Positions 10,478 to 21,272 of a stretch of DNA of 64,000 bases are shown here, in pieces; within the stretch, counting starts at the first letter, position 1; every line of letters starts with the position of its first letter. A program made the position numbers and the translations under genes. The notes beneath the pieces are model-generated. The model did no database searches. It was not told the DNA's origin and saw only the letters and a list, made by a program, of their open reading frames with translations. The stretch spans positions 208 through 64,207 of the forward strand of contig JAFGTC010000035.1 in assembly GCA_016934335.1 (NCBI GenBank), written 5' to 3'. The stretch comes from Candidatus Omnitrophota bacterium (GTDB taxonomy: Bacteria > Hinthialibacterota > Hinthialibacteria > Hinthialibacterales > Hinthialibacteraceae).

Positions 10478-12355
10478 TTATTGTCCGCCGTCTTGCTGAG
10501 ATTGATTTCGGTCTTGTTGGAAGCGACGCCGCATGGAGTCTCGTTCTTCCTGAGACATGTTTTGGAAGCGCTGCTGCATTTGCTGCCGCTGTTCGGGCGT
10601 CATATTTTGAAAATCAGGCCGATTGCCTCCCGGGCGTCCTCCTCCCGGACCGCCTTGCCCCATCGAACCTTGCTGATCCATATTCGGTCGGTTTGACCGG
10701 CCTTCGCCAGTGCGGCCGCCTCGGCGGGCGCCATCCATATTTTGAGGCGCAGTCTCGCTTCTTCTCGGAGTCTGAACCGGAAGATTCAAATTCTGATTGT
10801 TATTCGCATCCTCAATGATTTTGGTAATATCGTTGCTCTCTCGGAAGCGCTCATCATCGGATATTTCCGCAGCGGCCAGAGGCGGCGTAAGCCACACGAC
10901 CTCTCCTTCCTTCAAGCCGCTTTTGATTTGCGCCAAACGATTGTTATCCGGACCTAAATCGACTTCTCGCTGCTCCCATTCATCGCCTTTGGCCACAAAC
11001 ACGGTCGGCTTGCCGCCGATGCGCAAAACGGCTTGAACGGGAACATACATTGTATCTTCGAAATAATCGACGATGATTTCCGCCTGGCAGCCCATGCCGC
11101 TGCGCAAATCGTCGCCATTGCCGTCAATGAGAATCTGGGTGTCATACACTTTCAAATCGGGATTCATAAAGATGCTTTGCGCATTGGGCAAAGGAGCTAT
11201 CGTAGACACTTTGCCGGTGAACACTTTTCCGGGAACCGCATCGACCGTGATTCGAACGGGCAGCCCAAGGCGAATCTTCTCCAAACTCGATTCAGGCACT
11301 TTGGCGTCCACGACAAAAGACGAAGTCGTCGGCAGGTGGATTAACTCCTGCCGTTCGCGCACCTGCTGCCCTTCATCCAAGGGCTCCTCGTTTCCACGAA
11401 AACTCATGCGCACGCTGGTGGCGTAAACGACCAGACCGTCCATGGGAGCGTAAATTTTGGCTTTGGAAATTTGGTCGTCCAGTTTGGATAATTTACTCTG
11501 CTGCTGTTCATACTCCGCCAGTTTGGCCTGCAAATCGGCCGAAGCCTGTACAATGTTGGCGTTGGCCTGTCGCTTCGTGCGATCCAAAGCCATTTCCGCT
11601 TGAGAGATATCGCTTTCCAACTGCGCAATTTGACGCTTGTAATCGTACGTTTTCAGCAGTTCCAGTTTGGCTTTCGCCACTTCCAGACTTTGCTCGCTTT
11701 TATAAACTTTCAATTGGTCGCTCTGATATTCACTCAGCGACAAATATTTTTCTTCATACAGAGTTTTCGACCATCCTAAATCCTGCCTCGCTAATTCCAA
11801 TTCCTCTTGAATAGTCGATACATTGGATTGCATATCCTTCAGATCCGTGGGATAGGTGCCTTCTTCATATTTGACTAAATCCTGAACGGCGAAATCGTAG
11901 GTCAGTTGCGCCAATTCGATATCGCTTTGCGCTTGATTGGTTTCGATGGCCAGATTTTCCCTCGCTTGAATGTAGGCCGCTTCGGCGTTTTGCACTTTGA
12001 TATTCTGTTCGACTCGATCATCGATGAGTTGACTGGCGTCCAACTCAATCAGCAGTTCGCCCTCTTTCACCCGGGTTCCCTCGGGAATGAGATAGATGAT
12101 TGTGCTCGATCCTTCTAATTCGTTTTTAATGATTTCCTTGTTGCGCGCTTGGATCGTGCCGGAAACCGGGATGCTGACCGTGAGAGATCCTTTCTGCACT
12201 TCGAAGATCGGTTGATCTTGGGAAGATTCAGTTTGAAGTCGCGTATTGATCGTTGCGTAACTGATGCCGACGATCACGACGATCGCCGCGGCAGCCAACC
12301 ATATCGATCTTCGATTCAATAGACTTACTTGGGCTTTATTCGGACTGGCGTTCAT
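10478..12355 (-). CDS. HlyD/MacA-family periplasmic adaptor with long coiled coil and low-complexity C-terminal tail
   Basis: N-terminal anchor, biotinyl-lipoyl-like VKEGELLIELD, about 200-aa coiled coil, and beta-barrel segments (IYAPMDGLVV). Lies between the TolC-like and ABC genes and overlaps the TolC-like gene by 20 nt. Confidence 0.8.
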   Translation of the reverse strand: MNASPNKAQVSLLNRRSIWLAAAAIVVIVGISYATINTRLQTESSQDQPIFEVQKGSLTVSIPVSGTIQARNKEIIKNELEGSSTIIYLIPEGTRVKEGELLIELDASQLIDDRVEQNIKVQNAEAAYIQARENLAIETNQAQSDIELAQLTYDFAVQDLVKYEEGTYPTDLKDMQSNVSTIQEELELARQDLGWSKTLYEEKYLSLSEYQSDQLKVYKSEQSLEVAKAKLELLKTYDYKRQIAQLESDISQAEMALDRTKRQANANIVQASADLQAKLAEYEQQQSKLSKLDDQISKAKIYAPMDGLVVYATSVRMSFRGNEEPLDEGQQVRERQELIHLPTTSSFVVDAKVPESSLEKIRLGLPVRITVDAVPGKVFTGKVSTIAPLPNAQSIFMNPDLKVYDTQILIDGNGDDLRSGMGCQAEIIVDYFEDTMYVPVQAVLRIGGKPTVFVAKGDEWEQREVDLGPDNNRLAQIKSGLKEGEVVWLTPPLAAAEISDDERFRESNDITKIIEDANNNQNLNLPVQTPRRSETAPQNMDGARRGGRTGEGRSNRPNMDQQGSMGQGGPGGGRPGGNRPDFQNMTPEQRQQMQQRFQNMSQEERDSMRRRFQQDRNQSQQDGGQ

Positions 12356-14210
12356 TTTTCAACTCCTCGGGGGATATTTCTTTCCATAAACCATCGGGAT
12401 CTATTTGCAATAAATCCAACTCTTGCTGCAAACGCAATTCGGAAAGGCGATAACTGACAAGAGCGTCCGTCAAACTGTTCTGAGCCGAGACTAAAGAGTC
12501 TTGTGAATCTACCACATCTCGAATAGTAACTCGCCCAGCCTGCAGAGCCAGGATTTGATTTTTTTCGCGACGTTCATTAAACGCAACAGACTGCGCCTCA
12601 ATGATCAATTGTTCTCGATTTTGATGCAAATTACGAAGCCGAGATCGTATATCCATTTTGATGGAATCTTCTAATTCCTGATAATCGCGAACCGCTCTTT
12701 CCAGATTAATTATGCTTTGCCTGTAACTGATTATCTCTCTTGTACGTTCAAGAGGCAGATCCAAATTTAAGAGAGCATTGTAGCGCCCTTTTTCGAAATT
12801 AGGATCGATCGTACTCGGGTTGTCTGCAGAGCCAAGGCTGCGCGTTTCACCGAACGAAGCGTTGCCCAGCAGCGTGAACTCCGCACGCAATGCGTCCGCC
12901 GCTATGACGACTCGTCGCCGGGCGTCGTAGAGATTCCCGAGCGCTATTCGCAAATCCAGTCGATTATCCAGAGCGAGTTGAATGGCGATATCTTCCTCCA
13001 GTTCCATGGGACCGGCGTTTTCCCGACTGATCGGCTTCAAGTTCGCAGGCGCATCCGCCGGCGGGACTTCCTCTTCGATGACGCTGGTCGTAGCGCTTTC
13101 AATGATGCTCTGCGCAGAGGCCGTCAACCTCATCAATTCGTCTCGATCCAACTCGATCTGGACGTCGGGAGGAAGCCCCAATTGGATCTTCAGGGAATCC
13201 AATCGATCTTGATACTGAAATTGCGATCGGATCCACGAGGTTCGCGAAGAGAACTCCCGCTGGATGGCCAAATCTACATCCGAGACTTTCTCAAGCCCGG
13301 CATCCGCTTTTCGGCGGGAAAGACGAGTCGACGTCACTGAACTTTCATAACTCGCTTTATCATTTTCAATTCGGTCAATGGCCTGCAAAGTAACAAGATA
13401 TTCTTCGGTAATATTTACAGCGAATTGCCGTTTATATTGTTCGAAATCATAAATGGCGTAAAGAGCGTCTCGCTCCGCTTGGATCAATGGCTCCGCCACG
13501 ATGTGCTTGCCCGATCCCCGCATTAAAGGAATCGAGATGGAAGCGTCGCCGAACAGACTATACGACGAAGAACTGAAAGGATTCAGCAGTTTGACAAGAT
13601 CCATGCCTATTTGAGTGGTTAACGAGATTCCATTCAGAAACCGCCGCGAGAGACCGACTGCTCCGGAATTTTGGATGCCGCTTGTCGTTTCATCTCCGCC
13701 TAGATTGGCGCTGATGTCGCTGCTGAACGCTCCGGCGAAGGTATTTCGAAATTCGTCTCGCTCAAGATCCAATCCCAGCGCCGCCACAAACACATTTTCT
13801 TTCATGGACTGGTACTGGCGGTTGTTCTTCGCGGCAATCTGTAGAGCATCGATAAGCGACAATTGAATAGGGCCGGTTCCTGAGAAAACCTCTTCGGTTA
13901 AAGCGGTTTTGTCTCGATCTAAATAATCGTCTTTCGGCCAATGATCGATCGGTTCAAGATCTTTCGTATTCAACGACGCCGGATTGGAGTAAGGAAGATT
14001 CTGCTCCAGCATCAACCGCCGTCGCAAAGTATCCTGCGGCGATTCTATCGAAAAAGGCTCGGTCTTTCCAATCGCCTCCATCTGCTTCTGCTCGATAATC
14101 TTATAAGCGGTTTGATCGATTTTTTCCCGATGTTGACCCGCCGTCGAGCAACCCAATAAAAAAATGAACCCGGTTGCAATAACAATCAAACAATTATAAT
14201 TTCTAGACAC
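12336..14210 (-). CDS. TolC-family outer-membrane efflux protein (lipoprotein-type signal)
   Basis: Two long alpha-helical/coiled repeats typical of outer-membrane factors. Lipobox-like FIFLLGCS. Start moved to GTG 14210, which lies 10 nt after GGAGGAG. The ORF track gives 14303. Confidence 0.7.
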   Translation of the reverse strand: MSRNYNCLIVIATGFIFLLGCSTAGQHREKIDQTAYKIIEQKQMEAIGKTEPFSIESPQDTLRRRLMLEQNLPYSNPASLNTKDLEPIDHWPKDDYLDRDKTALTEEVFSGTGPIQLSLIDALQIAAKNNRQYQSMKENVFVAALGLDLERDEFRNTFAGAFSSDISANLGGDETTSGIQNSGAVGLSRRFLNGISLTTQIGMDLVKLLNPFSSSSYSLFGDASISIPLMRGSGKHIVAEPLIQAERDALYAIYDFEQYKRQFAVNITEEYLVTLQAIDRIENDKASYESSVTSTRLSRRKADAGLEKVSDVDLAIQREFSSRTSWIRSQFQYQDRLDSLKIQLGLPPDVQIELDRDELMRLTASAQSIIESATTSVIEEEVPPADAPANLKPISRENAGPMELEEDIAIQLALDNRLDLRIALGNLYDARRRVVIAADALRAEFTLLGNASFGETRSLGSADNPSTIDPNFEKGRYNALLNLDLPLERTREIISYRQSIINLERAVRDYQELEDSIKMDIRSRLRNLHQNREQLIIEAQSVAFNERREKNQILALQAGRVTIRDVVDSQDSLVSAQNSLTDALVSYRLSELRLQQELDLLQIDPDGLWKEISPEELKNERQSE

Positions 14211-14660
14211 TAAACTATTTCTCCTCCGAGACGCTCCAGGCTTATAAATTCGTAACTCTATACTTTTGAGACTCAATATTGCGCAATGACATGTTCTATG
14301 CATGAGTCAACAATTCTATATGTTTGTCTGCTTTATGAATGGAAATGTTCATCTTTTCACGAACATTCTTAGAATTTTAACTATCAAACTGGAACACTAT
14401 GGATTTTGATCAGATGAAGACAATCAGGAACAGGAAGAAGATGCCATTATAAACATTTCATAACAAAAGAATCATGAAGATATCTCCACGAGACTTAGAT
14501 TATGCAACATATTGATTATAATATATTTATATCTATATTTTTATCAATAAATCTTAACTACGCTGCCACGCATAAAAAATGCGTTTCCGATTGGACATTC
14601 ATCTTCGCGGATTCTCTCTCATCGCTATATTTATTATGCAAGCAATAACTGATCCAATTA

Positions 14661-15947
14661 TTATACGCTTTCCGGCAGCACATAGGGCTCCCGGTAGATC
14701 CGCGTCAACATAGCATCGGCGTCTCTGTCTTCGATGAAATTCATTCGAACCGGATCGAATCTCATTTCCCGCTTCAAACGATAGGAAATGTTGGCTAAAA
14801 GAGGTAGGCAGGAAGACAAAAAGATTTCTTCGATTTCCGCGTTGAGCGCTTCCCTCTTTTGACTCCGCACTCCATCGACGAAATTCCGGAAATGCATGGC
14901 GTCATTCCCTTTTCCCTCTACGATTTCCGGTTCATCGTTCGAGCCGCGATAAATGCGCGCATTCCTGTTGTCTATTACCATATAGCCTTTCGATCCATAA
15001 AAAATGGCGCCGGAAGTTTGAATATCTCCTTCGGTATTGGTCGGAAGCCCTCGCGTTTCGGCTTTCAGAATAGTTCCATCTTCGTACTCGAACGTCGCCT
15101 GCTGCACATTGGGTGTTTCGCCCTGATCTATGTAGCCGAACCGGCCGCCGCTCGAATGAATGCGAATCGGCAGTTTTTTGTTCAATCCCCAGCGGCATAC
15201 GTCAATAAGATGGATGCCGTTGTTGGCCATCTCACCGTTGCCAAAATCCCAGAACCAATGCCAATTATAATGCACCAGGTTTTCGTGGTATCCAACATCC
15301 GGCCCCGGCCCTTTCCATAAATCCCAATGCAGCCAGGAAGGGGGTTCTTTGACCGGCTTGAATCCCAGCGATTCGCGCTCTTTGAGAACCAGCGCTTTGG
15401 CCATGTACAAGTCGCCGATTGCGCCGTCTCGCAGGCGATCAATCGCTTTGCGAAACAGATCGCTGGAGCGGCGCTGCGGGCCGCCCTGCGAAATTCGATT
15501 GTATTTACGCACGGCTTCCACCATCATCCGGCCTTCATGGATCGCATAACAGACCGGCTTTTCAACATAAGTATGCTTCCCCTGTTGAGACGCCCAGATC
15601 GCCGTCAATGCATGCCAATGATTGGGCGAAGATATTACAACCGCATCAATGGAGTCGTCGTGAACAACATCGCGTAAATCAGGCGTAAGTCTGGCTTCCT
15701 TGCCCGTGAGATTTTTCAGTTTGCCGTTCCATTCGTTCATTCTGCGCTCATCAGGATCGCATAACGTAGAGATCTCAACGTTGGGCGTTTTGGCGGCTAC
15801 TGGCAATAACTGCCCTCCTCGCCACCCTGTCCCGATGATGGCAATCCGCAGTCGCTCATTTGCCTGCGCCCAACTCGCTGAGTTTCCAATCAAGGATGAT
15901 CCTGCGGCCATAACCGACGTATTGAAAAGAAAATGTCGCCGCTTCAT
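14661..15947 (-). CDS. Gfo/Idh/MocA-family oxidoreductase with Tat-type signal
   Basis: MKRRHFLFNTSVMAAGS twin-arginine leader. Rossmann motif LRIAIIGTGWRGGQ. EKP motif YVEKPV. Confidence 0.8.
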   Translation of the reverse strand: MKRRHFLFNTSVMAAGSSLIGNSASWAQANERLRIAIIGTGWRGGQLLPVAAKTPNVEISTLCDPDERRMNEWNGKLKNLTGKEARLTPDLRDVVHDDSIDAVVISSPNHWHALTAIWASQQGKHTYVEKPVCYAIHEGRMMVEAVRKYNRISQGGPQRRSSDLFRKAIDRLRDGAIGDLYMAKALVLKERESLGFKPVKEPPSWLHWDLWKGPGPDVGYHENLVHYNWHWFWDFGNGEMANNGIHLIDVCRWGLNKKLPIRIHSSGGRFGYIDQGETPNVQQATFEYEDGTILKAETRGLPTNTEGDIQTSGAIFYGSKGYMVIDNRNARIYRGSNDEPEIVEGKGNDAMHFRNFVDGVRSQKREALNAEIEEIFLSSCLPLLANISYRLKREMRFDPVRMNFIEDRDADAMLTRIYREPYVLPESV

Positions 15948-16038
15948 GAGAGGCCTCCTTACCGCTAGACTCGTTTTATCTTTCGATCTTCCATTGCCGC
16001 ATTGCGTCTTTCAAGCTAAGCCTATTTCAGATTCAATG

Positions 16039-18096
16039 CTATTTCGCCGGCTTTGTTCGCAAACCTATTTGATCAAAAGGAATCTTCTGGAAGCCGATTT
16101 TGAATGCCGGCGAATCGGATTTCAGGTTGAAATTCTGATTCTCGGCATCCTCGAAAAGCGGATCCACATCGATCAGGTTCTTTTCAAACGCAAGAAAAGG
16201 GCGCGCTTTTTCTTCAACATCATCCCACTCGCCTCCCCAGCAGATATTACGCGCTATCGTATTGCCGACGGGCGCCTTGGGATTTTCCTCGAGAATATTG
16301 ACTAACTTCGGATATCGTTCGCTGTAGGGCGGCTTGTTATACGCGATGCCCTGCAAGGTTCCTTTTTCCTTGGCTTCCTTGATCCATTCGTCGGAATGGT
16401 AGCCCGCCCACCCCAAAGCTCTCGCGTCTACATGCAGCGCTGGATCGCAATCGACAAAAATATTATTTTCCACCGAGCAGTCTCTGCCGCCGCCGATGAA
16501 AGCCGCCCGCGTCACCTTATAAAATACATTGCCGAAGATGGAGGCGGAAGCGAACATATCGTCGAGATAGACGCCCACGCAGCCGCGGTTTTCGAATCCG
16601 GTGATGTCATGAAGATAATTGTATTGGATCTTATGGCCGCGCATGGTCCAATTGCGGCCCGCATACATGGCGCCGGCGTCGTTGGATTCCATACAAACAT
16701 GATGAATCTCATTGAATTCGAACAGATGGTCGTTGCCGCTGAACATGATCCCTATATGAGGCGCAGTATGGATCAAGTTATGAGATGCGCGGTTTCCCAC
16801 ACCGGAAATCGATATGCCGGGAGTGTACATGCGGTTAATCCGCCCATAATGGTGAATCTGGTTATTCTCTGCGTAAAGACCGCCCGGCGTCAAGGATGGG
16901 CGATCCCCCCCGGACAGGGAAACGCCGCCTCCTCCAGTGCGGTAAATATCACATCCGACTACGCTGTGTTCGGCGCCCGATAATGAAGCGCCCCACCCGC
17001 CGGTATTTCGAATGGCGCACTGAGAAAGACAATCCCCTTTTCCGCCCGACGCAACCAAGGCCGCGCCGCGTGACGCCTCCAATGTAAAATCGCGAAACAC
17101 AACATAGGAGGCATCGTTCAACGTAATGATATTGGGCAAAATTGAAATAACGGCATTCCCGCGATCCATAGAATCCGGCGGCCAGAAATAAAGAATCCCT
17201 CGTTCACGATCTATGTACCATTCTCCGGGCGAATCCAATTCACTAATCATGTTAAAGGCGTAATACCATTGACCTTCGCGATACCCGTAGTGATGATAAG
17301 GAGTCGCCAGAGAGATGATGGAATCCGCCGTGTTGATGGATTCGATTGGCTGGCGTTGATCGGACCAATCCCAAAACCAATAGCCATGCAGCCAGGGATC
17401 TTGTTCGCCAATCCAGCGCGCCGGGCGGCTTCCGCTGTATTTGAATTTCCCGATTTTGCTGCCCTTATGACCGTGAATCTCATGACCGTCCTTAACGACG
17501 ATGTCTTCGATGCGGACGAAGCCTTCATTCGGCCAGCGCGACAAGGTCATGGGTATGTCATTGAAAAACAGTTCCGCTCCGCCCTGATCCGCTCGCCCCA
17601 AATCGGTTATGCCTTGCGATTTCAAATCCGCCTGGACGATATGCTCGCGCGCTTTTTCATCCAGCCGCTTCAATATCGCCTCTTCCTCAACCGGTTTGAA
17701 GCCGGAAATCGGCGCTCCGCCGACCAGGCGCACATCCTCCCCCGAAAATGATGTATACACAATCGGCCCCGTTTCCGTTCCAGAATCGACCTTTTTCAAC
17801 TCAAACGGCTTGTCTAGATAATAAATGCCTTCGCGAACGATTACTTGGACGCCGTTTCCAGGAAACGAATCTTCTTCTTTCATCGTACGTATTTCATCAC
17901 GAGCACGCTCCAATGTGCGGAATGGCCCGTCCGTTTTAGAGGCGTTCGGCTCTAGCAAACGCCCTCCCCACGAATCGCTCCCTGATTTGGATACATAGAG
18001 ATTGATTTGATCGGGATTCGACTGCACCGGCGCCCCCAGCAGCGCAACCATCAATCCGATCAGTGAAATTCGTGCGATTAATTGGATTTGAATCAT
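16039..18096 (-). CDS. Secreted right-handed parallel beta-helix repeat protein (pectate-lyase-fold, function unknown)
   Basis: Signal peptide. Serial PbH1-like turns NNQIHHYG, SHNLIHTAPH, FEFNEIHHV, IQYNYLHDI, FGNVFYKV, VENNIFVDC and IARNICWGG. Confidence 0.6.
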   Translation of the reverse strand: MIQIQLIARISLIGLMVALLGAPVQSNPDQINLYVSKSGSDSWGGRLLEPNASKTDGPFRTLERARDEIRTMKEEDSFPGNGVQVIVREGIYYLDKPFELKKVDSGTETGPIVYTSFSGEDVRLVGGAPISGFKPVEEEAILKRLDEKAREHIVQADLKSQGITDLGRADQGGAELFFNDIPMTLSRWPNEGFVRIEDIVVKDGHEIHGHKGSKIGKFKYSGSRPARWIGEQDPWLHGYWFWDWSDQRQPIESINTADSIISLATPYHHYGYREGQWYYAFNMISELDSPGEWYIDRERGILYFWPPDSMDRGNAVISILPNIITLNDASYVVFRDFTLEASRGAALVASGGKGDCLSQCAIRNTGGWGASLSGAEHSVVGCDIYRTGGGGVSLSGGDRPSLTPGGLYAENNQIHHYGRINRMYTPGISISGVGNRASHNLIHTAPHIGIMFSGNDHLFEFNEIHHVCMESNDAGAMYAGRNWTMRGHKIQYNYLHDITGFENRGCVGVYLDDMFASASIFGNVFYKVTRAAFIGGGRDCSVENNIFVDCDPALHVDARALGWAGYHSDEWIKEAKEKGTLQGIAYNKPPYSERYPKLVNILEENPKAPVGNTIARNICWGGEWDDVEEKARPFLAFEKNLIDVDPLFEDAENQNFNLKSDSPAFKIGFQKIPFDQIGLRTKPAK

Positions 18097-18211
18097 CTTA
18101 ACACCTCGACGCTATATACAGCAGTTTCTGAATAACCAACCTTCATCTTTAGCATTATCAGAAGGTTATCTCTTGATACTCAGCAAATGTACGCGGCGAA
18201 ATCATGGATTA

Positions 18212-19663
18212 CTACGTCCATCCATCCCGATATTCTCGATGTAGAAATTGGTTGGCGTTATCATCATTGGTAAATTTCATGTTGGGGCCGTCCCAATACA
18301 GTTTGCGTCCGGCTTGCAAGGCGGCGTTTCCCAGCATGCAGGTCTCAGTCAGAAATCCTGCGTGATCGACAAAATTGGAGCCCGGCGCATCGCCTCCCCG
18401 GCATGCATTTACCCACTCGTCAAAATGTCCCGGCGAACGAGGAAGCGTCTTCGGCGCCTGGCCGTAGGTTTTCATTTTGGATTCGGGAATCAACTGATGT
18501 CCCATCACAGTTCCCTTCTCGCCGATGTAAAGATTGTTGGAAATCCCGCGATTGGCTTCTAAATCTTTGGGATGAGGAGGCTTCAAGCCTCCGTCGTACC
18601 AATTCAATATCACCGGAGGCATATCGCCGCGAGCGGGAAATTCAAATCGCGCAATCACGCCCAGCGGGTAAACGTCAGGAAAACGTTTTGTCGAACTGGC
18701 CTCGACGCTGATTGGGTGCTTCAAATGCAACGCCTTAAAAACAGTCGAAAGCCGGTGGCAGCCTAAATCGCCGAGTTGCCCTGTCCCAAAATCCCACCAA
18801 TTTCGCCAAGTCCAAGGATGATATTCAGGATGATAAGGACGAAAAGGCGCCGGCCCCAGCCATAAATCCCAATCGAGACCTTCAGGAACAGTGGGAGTCT
18901 CTTCGGGCCGGCCAAGCATAGCCGGCCAATGCCAGAAGCGCGGGGAAATCGCAACATGCACCTCATGCACATGCCCGATGACGCCGCTGGCGATGATTTC
19001 TCTCGTGAGACGATCTTCTTCCGTCGCCTGCCCCTGATTGCCCAACTGCGTAGCGACGCCTGCGCGCTTCGCTTCTTCTGCGATCAAACGCGCTTCTTTC
19101 ACAGACCATGTCAGCGGCTTCTCACAATAGACATGTTTTCGCTTCTTCAACGCCGCCATCGTAATCACGGCGTGAGCATGATCCGGCGCGGCTACCATAA
19201 CCGCATCGACGTCTTCTTTTTCCAAAAGTTCGCGATAGTCGCTGTAAGCGCTGCAGGCTTTGTATTGTCCGAGATTATTCTGTTCGGCATAGAATTCATC
19301 GACGGTGCGCCGGGAGGGCTCGCGTCCTGAGATTTTTGTCTCTCTCCCCTGCTCCCAATCCCATGATATATAACCGTCGCTCTCACGATTCACATCGCAT
19401 ACCGATACAATTTGAATTTCATCAAAACGCAGGAAAGTACGCAAATTCTGATAACCGCGCCCCCCTACGCCGATGCAGGCCAAAGTGGTTTTATCGTTGG
19501 GCGCCGTCCGCCCAAATCCACTGAGAACATGAGAAGGCATAATGGTGAGTGTTGATGCGGCTATCGTCTTTTTAAGAAACCGGCGTCGCGTCGTTTCGGC
19601 TGTTGTTTTCTTACGGATGCTTCTCCCGCGATCGTTTATATGCGTCATGGTTCGCCCTTTCAA
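18212..19663 (-). CDS. Gfo/Idh/MocA-family oxidoreductase with Tat-type signal
   Basis: TTRRRFLKKTIAASTL leader. Rossmann motif LACIGVGGRGYQN. YCEKPL. Confidence 0.8.
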   Translation of the reverse strand: MKGRTMTHINDRGRSIRKKTTAETTRRRFLKKTIAASTLTIMPSHVLSGFGRTAPNDKTTLACIGVGGRGYQNLRTFLRFDEIQIVSVCDVNRESDGYISWDWEQGRETKISGREPSRRTVDEFYAEQNNLGQYKACSAYSDYRELLEKEDVDAVMVAAPDHAHAVITMAALKKRKHVYCEKPLTWSVKEARLIAEEAKRAGVATQLGNQGQATEEDRLTREIIASGVIGHVHEVHVAISPRFWHWPAMLGRPEETPTVPEGLDWDLWLGPAPFRPYHPEYHPWTWRNWWDFGTGQLGDLGCHRLSTVFKALHLKHPISVEASSTKRFPDVYPLGVIARFEFPARGDMPPVILNWYDGGLKPPHPKDLEANRGISNNLYIGEKGTVMGHQLIPESKMKTYGQAPKTLPRSPGHFDEWVNACRGGDAPGSNFVDHAGFLTETCMLGNAALQAGRKLYWDGPNMKFTNDDNANQFLHREYRDGWT

Positions 19664-19912
19664 ATATGTTCATTATTTCTGCATCTGTTCAATCATAATA
19701 GGCGGAGGCGTTAATTTTAATGGGGCGGAGCTATTTCAAAATCTCTTTTCAGAGTCGCCCGAATCCTTATGAATAAAATGGATAACAGAGCGAATGCTTG
19801 ACAGAACGAAGACGGTTATGAAAAAATTAGATATTCGTCTGGAATTATGCCATTACCTGAGAAAACTCAATCAGCAATGCTTACACTATTTTGGATATAG
19901 GAGCCTTCCACC

Positions 19913-21259
19913 ATGAAAAAGTCAAACATGCCCCGCCGCGATTTCAATAAACTGCTTGCAGGCGCATCCTCCATCCTTTTTCTTTCTCCGCAAGTTCTGG
20001 GAAAAGAAGGCGCAGCCCCGCCCAGCGACCGCTTGTCGATCGCCGTCATCGGATGCGGGGGGCGCGGCGATCATAATTTAAAGAAATGCGAGAACGAAGC
20101 CGTCATTGCGCTCGCCGACGTCGACGATGAGCGCGCAGCGAAAGCCTTCAATCGATACGAATCCATCCCCAAGTACAAAGATTTTCGCATAATGCTCGAC
20201 AAGCATTCCCAGGTTGACGCCGTCCTGATCAGTACGCCCGATCATACTCACACAGTCGCTGCCATGAATGCGATTCAACGCGGAAAGCATGTTTACGTCG
20301 AGAAGCCGCTCGCCCATACGATCTACGAAGTCCGCCAATTAATGAAAGCGGCTGAACAGAATAACGTAATTACTCAACTCGGCAATCAAGGCCATTCCCA
20401 CAATGACATCCGAAAAATTTGCGAATGGATCTGGGGAGACGCGATCGGGCCGGTTAAACAAGTCCATGCCTGGTACGAGCGGCCTTACGGCGACGGGAAG
20501 CCGCGTCCGGACGATCAGCCGCCTGTACCCGAAACCATGGAATGGGATCTTTGGCTCGGCCCCGCGGCGCATCGGCCTTATCATCCTGTGTATGCGCCGG
20601 GCAAATGGCGCAGCTGGGCCGATTTTGGAACGGGCGTTTTAGGCGATTGGGTTTGCCATATTCTCGATCCGGCGTTCTGGGCGTTAAAATTGCACGCGCC
20701 GGAACGGATTATCGCCCATAACGGCGATTTGGACTATTCGCCGGAACGCTTCCCGCTTCAATCGGACATCGATTTTTATTTCCCGAAGCGATCGGATATG
20801 CCGCCCGTCAAAGTTACATGGACCTACGGTAAAAAAATTGAGATTCCTCAATTACAGGACGTGGAATTAAACGATTGGAACCGCCAGGCAGGCGCGATTT
20901 TCATTGGAGAGAAAGGCTGCATCGTTCATGGCTCGCACGGCGGAGGCGGCGCCCGCCTGCTCCCGAAAAGCCTCGCGGAAGAAGTAGGAAATCTGCAGGA
21001 AATCATTCCCCGCGTCGAAGGAAGCCAGGAAGGTCATCATCAAGAGTGGATTCGAGCCTGCAAGGAAGGGCGTCCCGCCGTAAGCGATTTTTCCTACGGC
21101 GGCCCCCTCTCTGAAATTGCTCTTTTAGGGGTGATTGCAACACAGCATAACGAACATGAACTTCAATGGGATGCAAAAGCCATGCAATTCAAAGAAAATG
21201 CATCAGCCAATGAGAAATTAATACCGACTTACAGAAAGGGCTGGTCGCTTGAAGGATAA
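19913..21259 (+). CDS. Gfo/Idh/MocA-family oxidoreductase with Tat-type signal
   Basis: MPRRDFNKLLAGASS leader. LSIAVIGCGGRGDHN. YVEKPL. Paralogous to 18212-19663, sharing WDLWLGPA and DFGTG..GD..CH blocks. Confidence 0.8.
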   Translation: MKKSNMPRRDFNKLLAGASSILFLSPQVLGKEGAAPPSDRLSIAVIGCGGRGDHNLKKCENEAVIALADVDDERAAKAFNRYESIPKYKDFRIMLDKHSQVDAVLISTPDHTHTVAAMNAIQRGKHVYVEKPLAHTIYEVRQLMKAAEQNNVITQLGNQGHSHNDIRKICEWIWGDAIGPVKQVHAWYERPYGDGKPRPDDQPPVPETMEWDLWLGPAAHRPYHPVYAPGKWRSWADFGTGVLGDWVCHILDPAFWALKLHAPERIIAHNGDLDYSPERFPLQSDIDFYFPKRSDMPPVKVTWTYGKKIEIPQLQDVELNDWNRQAGAIFIGEKGCIVHGSHGGGGARLLPKSLAEEVGNLQEIIPRVEGSQEGHHQEWIRACKEGRPAVSDFSYGGPLSEIALLGVIATQHNEHELQWDAKAMQFKENASANEKLIPTYRKGWSLEG

Positions 21260-21272
21260 ACGCGCTTCAACG

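Noticed and set aside
14304-14660. AT-rich 357-bp gap with small ORFs (for example a 17-aa MDFDQMKTIRNRKKMPL) and a 6-bp hairpin ACGCAT/ATGCGT.
   Set aside because: The ORFs are too short and unsupported, and the hairpin is weak with no U-run. The region is most simply the promoter region of the TolC-MacAB-like operon.
21249-21272. TTG start at 21249 for the sulfatase, overlapping the end of the upstream oxidoreductase gene.
   Set aside because: ATG 21273 gives a normal leader (MEAGKMDRRKCLQALSIFGSS) without an overlap, and the upstream extension adds no signal-like sequence.
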